The translations under genes were made by a program, and so were the position numbers. 64,000 bases of DNA from the NCBI GenBank assembly GCA_020184695.1, contig JAANOX010000061.1:124001-188000 (forward strand). Direction: 5' to 3'. The notes beneath the pieces are model-generated. The model had not been told where the DNA came from. It saw nothing but the letters and a program-made list of their open reading frames with translations, and made no database searches. This stretch comes from Histomonas meleagridis 2922-C6/04-290x (taxonomy: Eukaryota; Protista; Parabasalia). Position 1 is the first letter of the stretch. Every line of letters starts with the position of its first letter. Below, piece by piece: positions 53,727 to 64,000 of this stretch.

Positions 53727-54266
53727 GTCATAGATATTACTAATAAAATGTCAATTTTTTTGCTATTATAATAAGTATAGTTTAAATGTGTTGGAAGGAA
53801 AATGACATTTTATGATTTGTTGACGGACAGTTTACACCATGACAAATTCTGTACTTTATTTTTCGGTGAAAGCGCAATTTTCAATTATGAAAACTCAATT
53901 TTAAATGTATTCAAATCAATTTTTGAATTCCATCGTATTGTCGGTTTTTTGGGGAAGGAATTTTGCAATTCCATATGTTTGGAGATTATTTTAACTAATA
54001 CATTATTCCAAAAATCAACCAAAATATATCGAAATAAAATAAAAATTGATAATATCCTTGTTATTATGAATTTATCACGATTTTTTTCAAGAAGAAAAAT
54101 TTCTCTTTCACTTTTAGTATACTTTACATTGTTTTTTCCTGTATAAAAAAATTCAATGAGTTTTGTGCTTTTTGAAAGAATTTTAATCGGATTTATCTGA
54201 ATTTTGTTAATTAACAATTTTGTTTGTTCCGTTTGTCAACTTTTTTTTGGTTCTGCTCAAAGCCAA

Positions 54267-55847
54267 ATGTCGATTCCACAAAAAAGCCAAAGCACGACCG
54301 TTTTTGCTGGACTTCATTTAAAGTCAGCTAATGCAAGTTCCCCTGAAATGGCTGAGTCTTTAAGATCTCGTTTTACTTTATTGCCAGAAGAAGAAATAAG
54401 ATTTTTCCATTATTACCATCATATTTCTCATGGTGATGTATTTTTATTCGCTACCAACTGGGCACTCCGTTTTGCCTTTAATGAGTGGACAAAAGCAGTT
54501 CAAGATTATACTATACCGTTGAAAAATATTGTATCTTACAAAAAGAAAAAAAGAACTACCAAAAATGGTGACCTTATTGTTAGCATTAAAACTTCCACAT
54601 TATCGGTTGTCCATGTAACATTTCCAAAATCAGCTGATAACCTTGTGGAAGGTTTTACTAAGACCATAGATGGACTTATTGAGAATGTCCTAAAACTTCC
54701 TACAGATGTATGGGTTCCAGATGAGAAATGGCTTGATCGATTGGCGAATGATTCTCAATGGGATTTCATCAATAATGATTTTTGCCCAACATATCCACAC
54801 ATTTTCCTTATCCCACCCACAACCAATCGCGAGCTTATTATTAAGGTATCTGAATTTCGATCACGTCAACGAGTTCCGGCACTTTCATTTGTATATCCCA
54901 AAAACAAAGCCCCATTATTAAGGTCTGCTCAACCATTAACTGGTTTTATAGGTTCATCCAATCCATACGATGTCAAGTTTTTTGAAGCCGTTCGAGCTGG
55001 TCGTAAATTTGCAATAATTGATTGTCGACCAAAACTTAATGCTTTTGCAAATCAATTTACTGGTGGCGGTTATGAATCCAAGAGTCATTATGATGATTCC
55101 ACCTTTAAATTCTTGTGCATACCCAACATTCACAAAGTTCGAGAGTATTACCTAACAATGCAATACGGTTTTGAAAACGGTTATGACGATCCATTCAAAG
55201 ATTGGGGCGCCCTGATTTTACAACTGATCAAAGGTTCAGCGTTAATAATTTCCAAATTAAAGAAGAATATTGCTGTTCTTGTCCATTGTTCTGATGGATG
55301 GGATCGAACAGCACAAGTATCTTCAATTGTGCAATTAATTGTTGATCCTTATTCTCGAACATTCCAAGGAATGAAAGACTTAATCCAAAAAGATTGGATC
55401 GATGCAGGACATATGTTCCATATGAGATGTAATTACGTTCCACATTCAAAGTTAGATGAATCATCACCAATATTTTCTCAATTTATAGACGCTGTATACC
55501 AATTAATGGTTTTAAATCCAACGGCCTTTGAGTTTAACGAATGCTTCTTAGCCTTTTTGAACTTTCATGCATATTCACAATTATTTGGTGATTTCGATGG
55601 GCAATCTTTCGTTGAAAAATCCACAATGGAAAGAGCTCCTTCGCTATGGCTATGCTTGGAAGATGAAGAATTTCGGTTATCAATGACTAACGAAAATTTC
55701 AAAGATGTTAACGATCTGATTAAATATGACGTCAAAGGGTACAAATTCTCAGCACGAATTAACTTGCCGCCAATATTCGGTGGCCTTTCTACAACACCAC
55801 TTTATCCTAAAAATCCAGAGTTTTGGGAGAAGTTGATGAAAAAATAA
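54267..55847 (+). CDS. Myotubularin-family phosphoinositide phosphatase
   Basis: FRSRQRVPALS, LRSAQPL, catalytic VHCSDGWDRT and SPIFSQFIDAVYQL. ATG at 54267. Confidence 0.95.
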   Translation: MSIPQKSQSTTVFAGLHLKSANASSPEMAESLRSRFTLLPEEEIRFFHYYHHISHGDVFLFATNWALRFAFNEWTKAVQDYTIPLKNIVSYKKKKRTTKNGDLIVSIKTSTLSVVHVTFPKSADNLVEGFTKTIDGLIENVLKLPTDVWVPDEKWLDRLANDSQWDFINNDFCPTYPHIFLIPPTTNRELIIKVSEFRSRQRVPALSFVYPKNKAPLLRSAQPLTGFIGSSNPYDVKFFEAVRAGRKFAIIDCRPKLNAFANQFTGGGYESKSHYDDSTFKFLCIPNIHKVREYYLTMQYGFENGYDDPFKDWGALILQLIKGSALIISKLKKNIAVLVHCSDGWDRTAQVSSIVQLIVDPYSRTFQGMKDLIQKDWIDAGHMFHMRCNYVPHSKLDESSPIFSQFIDAVYQLMVLNPTAFEFNECFLAFLNFHAYSQLFGDFDGQSFVEKSTMERAPSLWLCLEDEEFRLSMTNENFKDVNDLIKYDVKGYKFSARINLPPIFGGLSTTPLYPKNPEFWEKLMKK

Positions 55848-56250
55848 ATATTGTTAATATTTTAAGCGAAAATAAAAAAACTTTTAAGAAAATGTTTTAT
55901 TTGATATGTTTTGTAACTACCAAATGAGTTGTAAATTATTCAAAAATGCGCATTCATGAGTTTCTTTGCAGGAGAGAACAGTTTTATCTGATCATTTGAT
56001 TTGTCTATCGTTTGCCAAAGGATTTTTTACACTAACGAAAGTTTCTTCAAAAATATATGCACACATTGAGTAATAATTTAATTAATGTAATGTTTTTATA
56101 AACAGAATCATTTAAATAATATTTTTTAGTAAACACAAGTACAAAACAATTTGATTCAGTAATCAATTCTCATCTTTACAGCATAAAGATTTCCATTTGA
56201 TTTATCCATTTCACAAATTGTTAAACCAAAATTTAATTCATTTTATTTGT

Positions 56251-59106
56251 TTATTTATTAATAATTGCGTAAAGTTCATCTATTTTTCTAATTTTTTCAT
56301 GTGCGTTTTGGCTGACTGCGTATTTCTTTGCTATTTCCAGCCACTCCAATTTCTTCTCCTTTTCCACATCTTCAGCGTTTTCTGCGATGAACATCAATTC
56401 TTCGATTGCCTCCATCACCTTATGCTGCTTGATCAGTCTCTTCCAGTACAAACTCCTTGCCTCCTTCATAATGAAATCGTCGATGTAAACACTTTGCAAA
56501 TCGAGTAATTTCTTTTCGTCATTTTCGTCGATAATTCTTTGATATATTATCAAATGCATTAATTCATCTTTTGTGTTTAATATCATTTTCAAGCCATTTT
56601 CGTTCTTAATTATATCGAAAAGTATTGAATACGTTTCATATACTTCTTTAAAAATGTTTTTTCCTTTTATATCTATTTCATTTGAACCTTTTTTATACCA
56701 TTTTAATGCTCGATGATATTTATCTATGTTTGTAACTTTCGCTATTATTATATCTATCACTGCTTTATATTCTTTATTTGTTATTAAATATTCACAAATT
56801 CGATGTAAATCTTCTTTCGTAATTTGTGATATATATTGTATGAATATATTTGTACACAAAGAAACAGAAAATATTTTTTGTTTGTTGTTGTCATCATTAT
56901 TATCATTTTCATCAGTTTCATTGTTTTCTTTTTCGGTGTCAGGTATTATAAATGTCATCGCTGAATTAATCAAACGATTATTAACTTTAAATAATGTCGG
57001 ACAATGTTCAACGATATTTTGTGCAAGAGTTTCAACTTGACGTTGAATATTTGGATCAGTTTGTTTAACACTTGTAAATATTTTGAATGAAATCTTTTGC
57101 ATTATATCAATTATATTATTAATATCATATTTATAAAACAATTGCGTCTCTAAGTTAATATCTTTGAATAAATATTCATAACTTTTATCAGTTAATAATC
57201 TTTTAATAATTTCAGTAATTAAAATCTTTTTTTGTTGCGATAAAAAGCCAAAGAAAGTAAAAACATCATTAAGTTTAAGGATATAATCATAAAGTTCATT
57301 TAATTCTTCTTTTTCATTTTCATATGAAACTTTTTGTTCTTTAGTTATAAATGTTATTGATGATTGTTTAATCTCCAAATATTGTTGTATGAAATCTTCA
57401 ATATTATGTAAATGAAATATTCCAACTTTCGATAAGTTAATAAAGTTTTGATTGATCATCCATTTTTCTTGATTCTTTTTACTATTATATTTAATGAATA
57501 TCGGTTGGTACATTACTTTCGATAATAATCTTGAAACACGGATATAAAATCCTTCAGTGATTTTGTTTTCATATTCATATTTAGTTATTTTCTTATTAAA
57601 GTATTGTGACATTATTGATAATATCCATTTAGAATTATTCGGGTAATAAGAACATAATAATATTATATTAACTGCGGTTTCATTTAAATTATCAAATAAC
57701 TCGAAATAATGTTTCGAGATTGATGTTTCATTTAATAAGAAATTAGTAACCAAATTATTAATCCCATATCGTAAATCATAACTTTCATTAGGCATTAAGA
57801 ACCTATAAAGTGATTGACAAGGTGTACTAAATTGGAATTTATAACTTCCTTTAGTAGTTAATACATAAGCTATAGGTGGCTCTTGTGTATGTTGCCATAA
57901 ATATGGATCATCTAATTCGAAATCTAAAAAACTAAATCCATACGACAAAACATTACCAATGTTTTCAATAGGAATTACAAACTCATAAAAATGATGTAAT
58001 AAATCACTTCGTTGTGCACGCATTATTATGATTATATCATTACAAAATAATGTGGTGATTCCCATTGTCGTATAGCCATATTGTAATTGATGGCCGGTAA
58101 ACTCAGATGGTGGTGGTATTATTGATTTAATTTCTAAGTTTAATATGGAATTGGTCTCAAAACCAAATAATATTCGTCGGCCATCTTTACAAAAGCCAAT
58201 GATGTTAGAAATGCATTCAAATGGTAAATAACTAACTGATACAAATTCATATTCATCAGGAATAGAACAATTTAAATGTGTAAAACTATAGTTTTCATAT
58301 GAAATATTATAAAAATGTAATGAATTGTTTTCATCAATAACGGATAATATGGTCCCACTACTATCTAAAGTCATGTCGCAATAATTAGTGGTGACATCAC
58401 CAAATAAAAATTGTTTAATGGACCGGAAAAAGCGTTTGGTGCTTCCCTTAAGGACAAAGTTGTCTGTATCAAAGTCATATATGTAGATGTTACCTCGATC
58501 TGAACTGATTATTAATGTTCCATTGTTACCTGGTATCATGCAAAATGATGGAAAGTCAATGTTAACTTTATATGAAAAATTAAAATCGATGGTTGAAGAA
58601 TTAATTATGAAAAATTTGATATAATGAGATGTGGAGACTGCTAGTACAAAACGTGCTGCAGGATAAAATGGTGGGAGATTTGGACTAACAGACATAATGG
58701 AAACAGATGTAATTATGGGATCTTCTTCAATTAACTGTTGATATTCTTCGGTGTTTTCAACTTTCCATAAAAAAAGTTGATTCTCAATGATACAATAATA
58801 ACGTTCGATTTCAGAAATGCAACCATAAACAATATGTTTTGGAATATAATCTTGCTTTTCATTATTATTAGAATCATTTTCATTTGATTGAGACTCAGAG
58901 GTTTGAGCGTCTTGATCATTCGTTGCATACTTTGCTATGTTTCGTGGAAATGCTGCTAAATTGATTATGGTTGCAATTTCATCTGGGAGACTTGGTCTAC
59001 AATATGAAACTTTTGATTCATAATCTTCTGATATTTCATTAAAGAATGATGGCAATAGTACATCCTTTTGAATTTGTAGATTAATTCTGTTCTGCACTTT
59101 GCTCAT
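56251..59106 (-). CDS. Nucleoporin Nup155/Nup170-like
   Basis: N-terminal propeller segment (YCIIENQLFLWK; FVLAVST) followed by a helical solenoid ending LYWKRLIKQHKVMEAIEELMFIA. Confidence 0.6.
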   Translation of the reverse strand: MSKVQNRINLQIQKDVLLPSFFNEISEDYESKVSYCRPSLPDEIATIINLAAFPRNIAKYATNDQDAQTSESQSNENDSNNNEKQDYIPKHIVYGCISEIERYYCIIENQLFLWKVENTEEYQQLIEEDPIITSVSIMSVSPNLPPFYPAARFVLAVSTSHYIKFFIINSSTIDFNFSYKVNIDFPSFCMIPGNNGTLIISSDRGNIYIYDFDTDNFVLKGSTKRFFRSIKQFLFGDVTTNYCDMTLDSSGTILSVIDENNSLHFYNISYENYSFTHLNCSIPDEYEFVSVSYLPFECISNIIGFCKDGRRILFGFETNSILNLEIKSIIPPPSEFTGHQLQYGYTTMGITTLFCNDIIIIMRAQRSDLLHHFYEFVIPIENIGNVLSYGFSFLDFELDDPYLWQHTQEPPIAYVLTTKGSYKFQFSTPCQSLYRFLMPNESYDLRYGINNLVTNFLLNETSISKHYFELFDNLNETAVNIILLCSYYPNNSKWILSIMSQYFNKKITKYEYENKITEGFYIRVSRLLSKVMYQPIFIKYNSKKNQEKWMINQNFINLSKVGIFHLHNIEDFIQQYLEIKQSSITFITKEQKVSYENEKEELNELYDYILKLNDVFTFFGFLSQQKKILITEIIKRLLTDKSYEYLFKDINLETQLFYKYDINNIIDIMQKISFKIFTSVKQTDPNIQRQVETLAQNIVEHCPTLFKVNNRLINSAMTFIIPDTEKENNETDENDNNDDNNKQKIFSVSLCTNIFIQYISQITKEDLHRICEYLITNKEYKAVIDIIIAKVTNIDKYHRALKWYKKGSNEIDIKGKNIFKEVYETYSILFDIIKNENGLKMILNTKDELMHLIIYQRIIDENDEKKLLDLQSVYIDDFIMKEARSLYWKRLIKQHKVMEAIEELMFIAENAEDVEKEKKLEWLEIAKKYAVSQNAHEKIRKIDELYAIINK

Positions 59107-59470
59107 CTTTCTTGAACCTAAACAAAGATAGTGAAATTTCGATTTTTGTTGGTCTTGTAGGTTCTAATTCATAACCTTGACTTCATTTTATTTAGTTATC
59201 ACTCATTATTTCTTTTTTGTATTATTCAATATAACTTCTTATCACAAAATAAAGAAATAAGTTTAAAAAATCATTAATGATGTTTTTAATGATGTATAAA
59301 AATATCTCATAAAATTTAACATAAATGCAAAGAACTAATGAGGGTTTAGCATTGTTGGTTTTAAAGAGAAAATGATGCTGTTGTTTCATAAAATTTTTTG
59401 ATTTTCTATTTTAAAAAAAGCCGAACAAAGTTTGTTAAATTTCCCAAACTCGAAAAAATAGTTTTTTGGA

Positions 59471-59731
59471 ATGAAATTGCAAAATAACGAAATAAATCAC
59501 AGAAGGTATGATCTAAAACAGAAGGAGATATATGGTGAATTCGGGTTTTGGATTTTATTATTTTCTTTTATTATTCCAATTATTATCATATTATGGATTT
59601 TTTTCCCATCACTTGTTCCATTTTTACCATCGCAACTTTGGATTGCAGCTATACCTGTTTATATATTTAGTTTGCTGTTCTGGATTCCATTTCTTGTTTT
59701 CTTCCTCAATAATGCATATCCTGATTCATAG
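59471..59731 (+). CDS. PIG-P-like small membrane protein (GPI-GlcNAc transferase subunit family)
   Basis: EIYG...ILWIFFP...LPSQLWIAAIPVY...FFLN follows the PIG-P pattern (IYG...W.F.P...P.KYWA.A.PVY...N). Two TM segments. Confidence 0.6.
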   Translation: MKLQNNEINHRRYDLKQKEIYGEFGFWILLFSFIIPIIIILWIFFPSLVPFLPSQLWIAAIPVYIFSLLFWIPFLVFFLNNAYPDS

Positions 59732-59977
59732 AAATATTAACGCAAAACACAACAAAGCTTTGCATTTAGTTTGAAGTGTTTTAATTTTTTTTCAAAAATT
59801 ATAAATTAAATTAAAAATATTTGATATTAATAAACGTACAGATTCTATCTTTTTTTTTCTTTACCCTCGCGTTGTTATGAGATATTATTAGTGTAATTAA
59901 TGAGATAATGGATTTTTTGTTTGAGTGCTCAACTCAATTTACAAAAAAGTGCATTGTACGTTATATTTCTCTTCTAA

Positions 59978-60610
59978 ATGGATCAATTACCTTTTTCTAG
60001 AAGAGAACCACGAATAAGAGAAATACCACAATCTTCACCACACCTTACATTTGATCAGGTAAATTATCATACTCCTCTTAATAAACAAACTGTTTCATCT
60101 CGACAATCCCAAGAAGGAAATTTACGACCTTTACAAATGAAAATAAATTGTCCAATCATTGATTGCAGAACAGATCAGTTAGAACGAAATCGTGTAAATA
60201 TGTTCAATGGAGGTAAAGATGTAGATCCATCAACAATTACATTTGCTTCTTCATCAATAAAACCAAATACTCGACATCAAAACACGCCATATTCGTATAG
60301 CACATCATGGATATCACATCCAGATCCTAATACATCTTTATCTCCACTTAAATCAGAAGCATATTTAACATCCTTTTTGCAATCTCCAAATGCAAAGCAA
60401 GACAAAATTAAACAAGCAAATTTTAGACAGAACAAATACGAATATTTGAGGAAAAACGAATCTCAATTTCAAAAATATGTATCAGAAGTTGACACAGATA
60501 CAAAAGCAAGAGATCAAAATCACATACGTTTCATTCAGCAACAACGAAACAATCATTTAGAAGCTCTTGAAAATCGCCGTCGAGTCGAGAAAGTTCGGTT
60601 TTTCGAATGA
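59978..60610 (+). CDS. Hypothetical 210-aa hydrophilic protein
   Basis: ATG-initiated ORF with a C-terminal coiled-coil-like segment. No family recognised. Confidence 0.7.
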   Translation: MDQLPFSRREPRIREIPQSSPHLTFDQVNYHTPLNKQTVSSRQSQEGNLRPLQMKINCPIIDCRTDQLERNRVNMFNGGKDVDPSTITFASSSIKPNTRHQNTPYSYSTSWISHPDPNTSLSPLKSEAYLTSFLQSPNAKQDKIKQANFRQNKYEYLRKNESQFQKYVSEVDTDTKARDQNHIRFIQQQRNNHLEALENRRRVEKVRFFE

Positions 60611-60705
60611 ATAAAAAACTGTTATTTTGTGACAACTTTTTGTTTGCTGTAAAACGATATATTCAATTTTATTCAAAATCAAACGGTTTCTAACAAAATC
60701 TATTT

Positions 60706-63108
60706 TTATGAACTTAAATTAAATTGTATGTGAGTCCTAATGCTTTCACAAAGTTTGGCTGTGAGCTTCTTTGCCTTAGCTAACTCTTCAATGAAACTTT
60801 GTCCAGCAGGTGTTGGCCTAGGATACATTTTTGTGAATATTTCGAAAATACAATTTGGGTTTTGATTATTTTCTTTCATTTGTATAAATAATTCGATTGC
60901 TGTTTGTTGATTTGATACATTAAACAGATCATTATTCATAAAATTAGTAAGGATTGCTTGAACAACAATTGGAATTATTTCTTTTGATTCAGGAGAAAAG
61001 AATGAAGTCGCAAAGAACTTTATAAGAGCGTTTCTTACATCCCATGAAGAATTAAAAAAATTCAGCATAAAAGGAAATGGAATAATTGTCCAAAATGATT
61101 CAATTTTTGGGAAAATTTCAGTCAGATATTGGATCATGCATATTAATAAATCACTATTTTGTTCACTTGTTTGTGATAAAATGAATTGAAGAATAGTTTC
61201 AGTTGGCATAGCTTTCATCATTCGTAATATTTCAAAATGTTTTGGTAATGGATGATGTGGGAGAATTACATTAATCCAATTAAAAGGCAATGAATAATCA
61301 ATTAAATCACACTTAATCAAACAATTAAACAAATCACAATAGCTATTAAGCATGTTTTCATTATTTACAATCATTATTGGTGTTAAAATTTCAAAAATTT
61401 TCACAAACGCCGGTGTAAAAAATAAACCTTTGAATTCTTTGCTGTATTGAGCGATTGAATTTTCTGCGATTTTTATCAAAAACAAACAAAGCCTCTCAAT
61501 TATGATTTCATCCATTGAATTAACAGCATTTTGAGTGTTTTGTAGCATTACTTCTTGAATAAATGGTAAAATGGAAACATTATTACTTTCTTCTGAAAGT
61601 TTAAGGAACATTAATATGATCATTGCTTGAGTATTTAACTCAAATTTTAATATATTACTTGAAAACACATTAAAAAGGCTTTCAAAGAATGGAATCATTT
61701 CTTTAGTGCAAAATAAAGTTATTGTTTTTAATGTAGAACTTACTTCATATTGCATTTGAGGGAATAAATATAGAAGTGTTTGTATTATTTGATGTAAATA
61801 TGGAATTATATACTCTTGATTTGCAATTTTTTGAATAAATCCTAATGAATTTTTAGGTAGATTTTGCATTTCAAATAATTTGTTTAACATTTGAATCGCT
61901 AAATACGGAGATGACTGAAGTTTCGCGAAACTTTGAAGAAACAAATAAAATCCTTCAGATGGTTCTTGATTAAATATGAATTGATTCATCATTTGTGATT
62001 GAGGTGGTTGATTAAAATCAATTGTATTCGTGATTGAATAAAATATATTTTTTAAATTAGAATAGATATAATATGATTGATTTTGGTGAACAGATTGAAT
62101 TAATATGTTTAAAAATTGGAAAATATATGGTAACGTTATTTCTAAATTAGGATACTCTATTATAAATTTTGAGAAATTTTCACATGTATCAAAAATGTTT
62201 TCTTCATTTAAAAGAGTTGGCAAAATCCGTAAGAAAATTTCAATAAGCTGAAAAGTGGTTTTAACACGTGTATCGTCATAGAAAAAGTCGGTGTCATAAT
62301 TGAAAAATGCACCAAAAAGTGGCACTGAATATTCCATATGTGCTGAACATAGCTGTAATGACATCATTATTATAGCTTCTAAAAAAGTTGGGAAAGATGG
62401 ACTATCAGAAACTAATGAAGAAAACGTGTCAAAAAAAAGTGTAAAAAGTTCTGCTGAAAAATCTGGATTGTTAATAACATTAGATATTTTAGGAAGTAAA
62501 GGATATAAGATATCCGTGTTTTCATACCGTTGAAAAACTAGATAGTAAAGATCGAGCCAATCTTTGGATACTTCGTTTCCATTCAATGTGGAAATAATAA
62601 ATGGACATAATTGGTTAAGCGTGTTTTTAAATACTCTATTGGTGTCATATTTTTGAACAAATGGTAAGTTGGCCTCTTCAAGGAGAATTTTAAAAAACAA
62701 TATGATCAGATTTGGTGGAAGTGATTCAAGTGTAGACTGAATTAACTGATTGCAAAGAAGACAAATGTCACAAATTATAATAAGATACAATTTGTTTTCA
62801 GGAGAATTTATTCTGTCTGGACTTTGCCTAATTTTTTCCAAAAGAAGGAGAACAATTTGTGACAAATTTTCAAAACTAAAAATACGAAAATTATAACGTA
62901 TAGAATACCTTATGCATCCACCTGCAATAAAACAAATATTTGAGTCTGTTAATGATGAAATAATTTGAAGAGAGGATTGAATAGATGCTGGTGATTGTTG
63001 CCATAAGGTAATAATCTTCTCGGCTTCATGGCGTTCTTGTTCAGATGGCGAAGTTAGAAAAATTTGTATTAAAACTTGGAATTGGTCGAGAGGTATTACA
63101 GGCTCCAT
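60706..63108 (-). CDS. Importin-beta superfamily HEAT protein
   Basis: The N-terminus (EQERHEAEKIITLWQQSP...CFIAGGCIRYSIRYNF) resembles an IBN_N domain, followed by an 800-aa helical solenoid. Confidence 0.6.
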   Translation of the reverse strand: MEPVIPLDQFQVLIQIFLTSPSEQERHEAEKIITLWQQSPASIQSSLQIISSLTDSNICFIAGGCIRYSIRYNFRIFSFENLSQIVLLLLEKIRQSPDRINSPENKLYLIIICDICLLCNQLIQSTLESLPPNLIILFFKILLEEANLPFVQKYDTNRVFKNTLNQLCPFIISTLNGNEVSKDWLDLYYLVFQRYENTDILYPLLPKISNVINNPDFSAELFTLFFDTFSSLVSDSPSFPTFLEAIIMMSLQLCSAHMEYSVPLFGAFFNYDTDFFYDDTRVKTTFQLIEIFLRILPTLLNEENIFDTCENFSKFIIEYPNLEITLPYIFQFLNILIQSVHQNQSYYIYSNLKNIFYSITNTIDFNQPPQSQMMNQFIFNQEPSEGFYLFLQSFAKLQSSPYLAIQMLNKLFEMQNLPKNSLGFIQKIANQEYIIPYLHQIIQTLLYLFPQMQYEVSSTLKTITLFCTKEMIPFFESLFNVFSSNILKFELNTQAMIILMFLKLSEESNNVSILPFIQEVMLQNTQNAVNSMDEIIIERLCLFLIKIAENSIAQYSKEFKGLFFTPAFVKIFEILTPIMIVNNENMLNSYCDLFNCLIKCDLIDYSLPFNWINVILPHHPLPKHFEILRMMKAMPTETILQFILSQTSEQNSDLLICMIQYLTEIFPKIESFWTIIPFPFMLNFFNSSWDVRNALIKFFATSFFSPESKEIIPIVVQAILTNFMNNDLFNVSNQQTAIELFIQMKENNQNPNCIFEIFTKMYPRPTPAGQSFIEELAKAKKLTAKLCESIRTHIQFNLSS

Positions 63109-63365
63109 CTCATATAAATTTGAGAAATTTTAAACATGACATATATATTTGAATATAAAATATATGCCAACTCAAAAACCCAAAGACTAGACCTAGTCTC
63201 TAGTTCAATTGTTGAATGCTTTAATAATAATGGAAAAAATAACTCACCAACACCTGATTCTAATTCTTGAATATTTGTGCTCGTAAGGAAATTTGAAAAT
63301 AGGTCAAATATTTTTATTTTGCTATTTTTATGTTGTTCTAATTTTTCAATTTCTTGTAAAAAAAC

Positions 63366-63620
63366 TTAAATATATATATATAAATTATTCATTCGAACAA
63401 AAAATAATGTATAAATTATTATGCTAATCATAATGTCAATTGATAATGGATTTTTATAAAAATTATTGAATATTGTAATTGCTGATTGATAAATATTTCC
63501 TTTATTAAACCAAAAAGAATATCTTTTATTGATTTTATTTTTTCCCATTTGTATTGATTTTTTTTGGATTATTTTTTGATATTTTTCTGTACATGTTTTA
63601 AAGAATCTGATTTCATCCAT
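63366..63620 (-). pseudogene. Possible remnant of the DUF3447/ankyrin family N-terminus
   Basis: NIYQSAITIFNNF...IMISIIIYTLFFVRMN resembles NLVQSALSIFDMF...LLISQIIYSSFLARMN at 31968-32291. Confidence 0.45.
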
Positions 63621-63795
63621 TTCATTGAAATTTGGGATTGTGAAGTTTCATAGAAAATTTTGATTAAAAACAACCCACACATATGAGAGCACCCTGATTA
63701 ACTGCCAATTTCTTTTTCACAGATATAACCGTTGTATTTCGTTCTTAAAAATTCGTTTGAATACTTTATTTGTTATATAACGCGACAAAAAGAAA

Positions 63796-64000
63796 ATGAC
63801 CAACGCTGAGCTACACGCACAATCCCAGCAAAATTTTGCAGAAATAGATAGAAGAATTGACGCACTAGTTGATGTTTCAAGTGATCTAAAACAATCGGCA
63901 AATTCAATTGGAAAAGAATTAGAAGATCAAATTAAAATGTGTGATGAAATAAATGATAATATGGATAAAACCCAAGCAGAGGTTGACAAAGCTACTGATG
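63796..64000 (+). CDS. Qc-type SNARE, partial (runs off the window; not in the ORF track)
   Basis: Translated by hand: MTNAELHAQSQQNFAEIDRRIDALVDVSSDLKQSANSIGKELEDQIKMCDEINDNMDKTQAEVDKATD, a SNARE heptad with a central Gln. Confidence 0.8.
   Translation, partial: MTNAELHAQSQQNFAEIDRRIDALVDVSSDLKQSANSIGKELEDQIKMCDEINDNMDKTQAEVDKATD

Noticed and set aside
53802-54217. Two overlapping ORFs of 110-114 aa between the kinase and myotubularin genes
   Set aside because: Low-complexity F/I/K/N composition on opposite strands with no motif; typical chance ORFs in AT-rich intergenic DNA.
266-64000. tRNA, rRNA or snoRNA genes and intact transposases
   Set aside because: No cloverleaf, rRNA-like block, convincing C/D box pair or transposase/integrase motif was recognised by eye. 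Small RNAs could have been missed without covariance-model searches.

Overview
AT-rich, gene-dense eukaryotic DNA, most likely from a parabasalid (trichomonad or tritrichomonad). The taxon is inferred from four things seen here: almost intron-less genes, one spliceosomal intron with the parabasalid GTATGT...ACTAACACATAG signature, stop codons mostly overlapping a TAAA poly(A) signal, and DUF3447-type ankyrin genes. The window starts with a 250-nt (TACA)n tract. It then carries about 30 housekeeping or hypothetical genes: WAVE/SCAR, a neurofibromin-like giant, pecanex, a HECT E3 ligase, RPL18, PFDN2, a Tup1-like WD40, Vps26, syntaxin, TAF6, CFAP298, a membrane-anchored GH5, PPAN/Ssf1, Vps11, a CAMK pseudokinase, myotubularin, Nup155, a PIG-P-like protein, an importin-beta-like protein and a SNARE. 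The outstanding feature is two ankyrin-repeat genes (27834-30801 on -, 45604-48458 on +). In both, every ankyrin repeat is interrupted at the same position (the beta-turn between ...INAKD and TAL...) by an AT-rich, hairpin-forming insert. Of the 21 inserts, 15 are exactly 80 nt. The 80-nt inserts break the frame, several inserts carry stops, and none has conserved GT/AG ends or the parabasalid 3' motif. The 90-nt ankyrin modules and the terminal capping modules stay stop-free. This points to an unrecognised processing system (non-spliceosomal intron excision, ribosomal bypass/frameshifting, or DNA-level cassette shuffling) acting on a DARPin-like variable repeat array. The mechanism cannot be decided from DNA alone; cDNA, Ribo-seq or proteomics is needed. 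All product calls are from motif recognition by eye; no database search was run.
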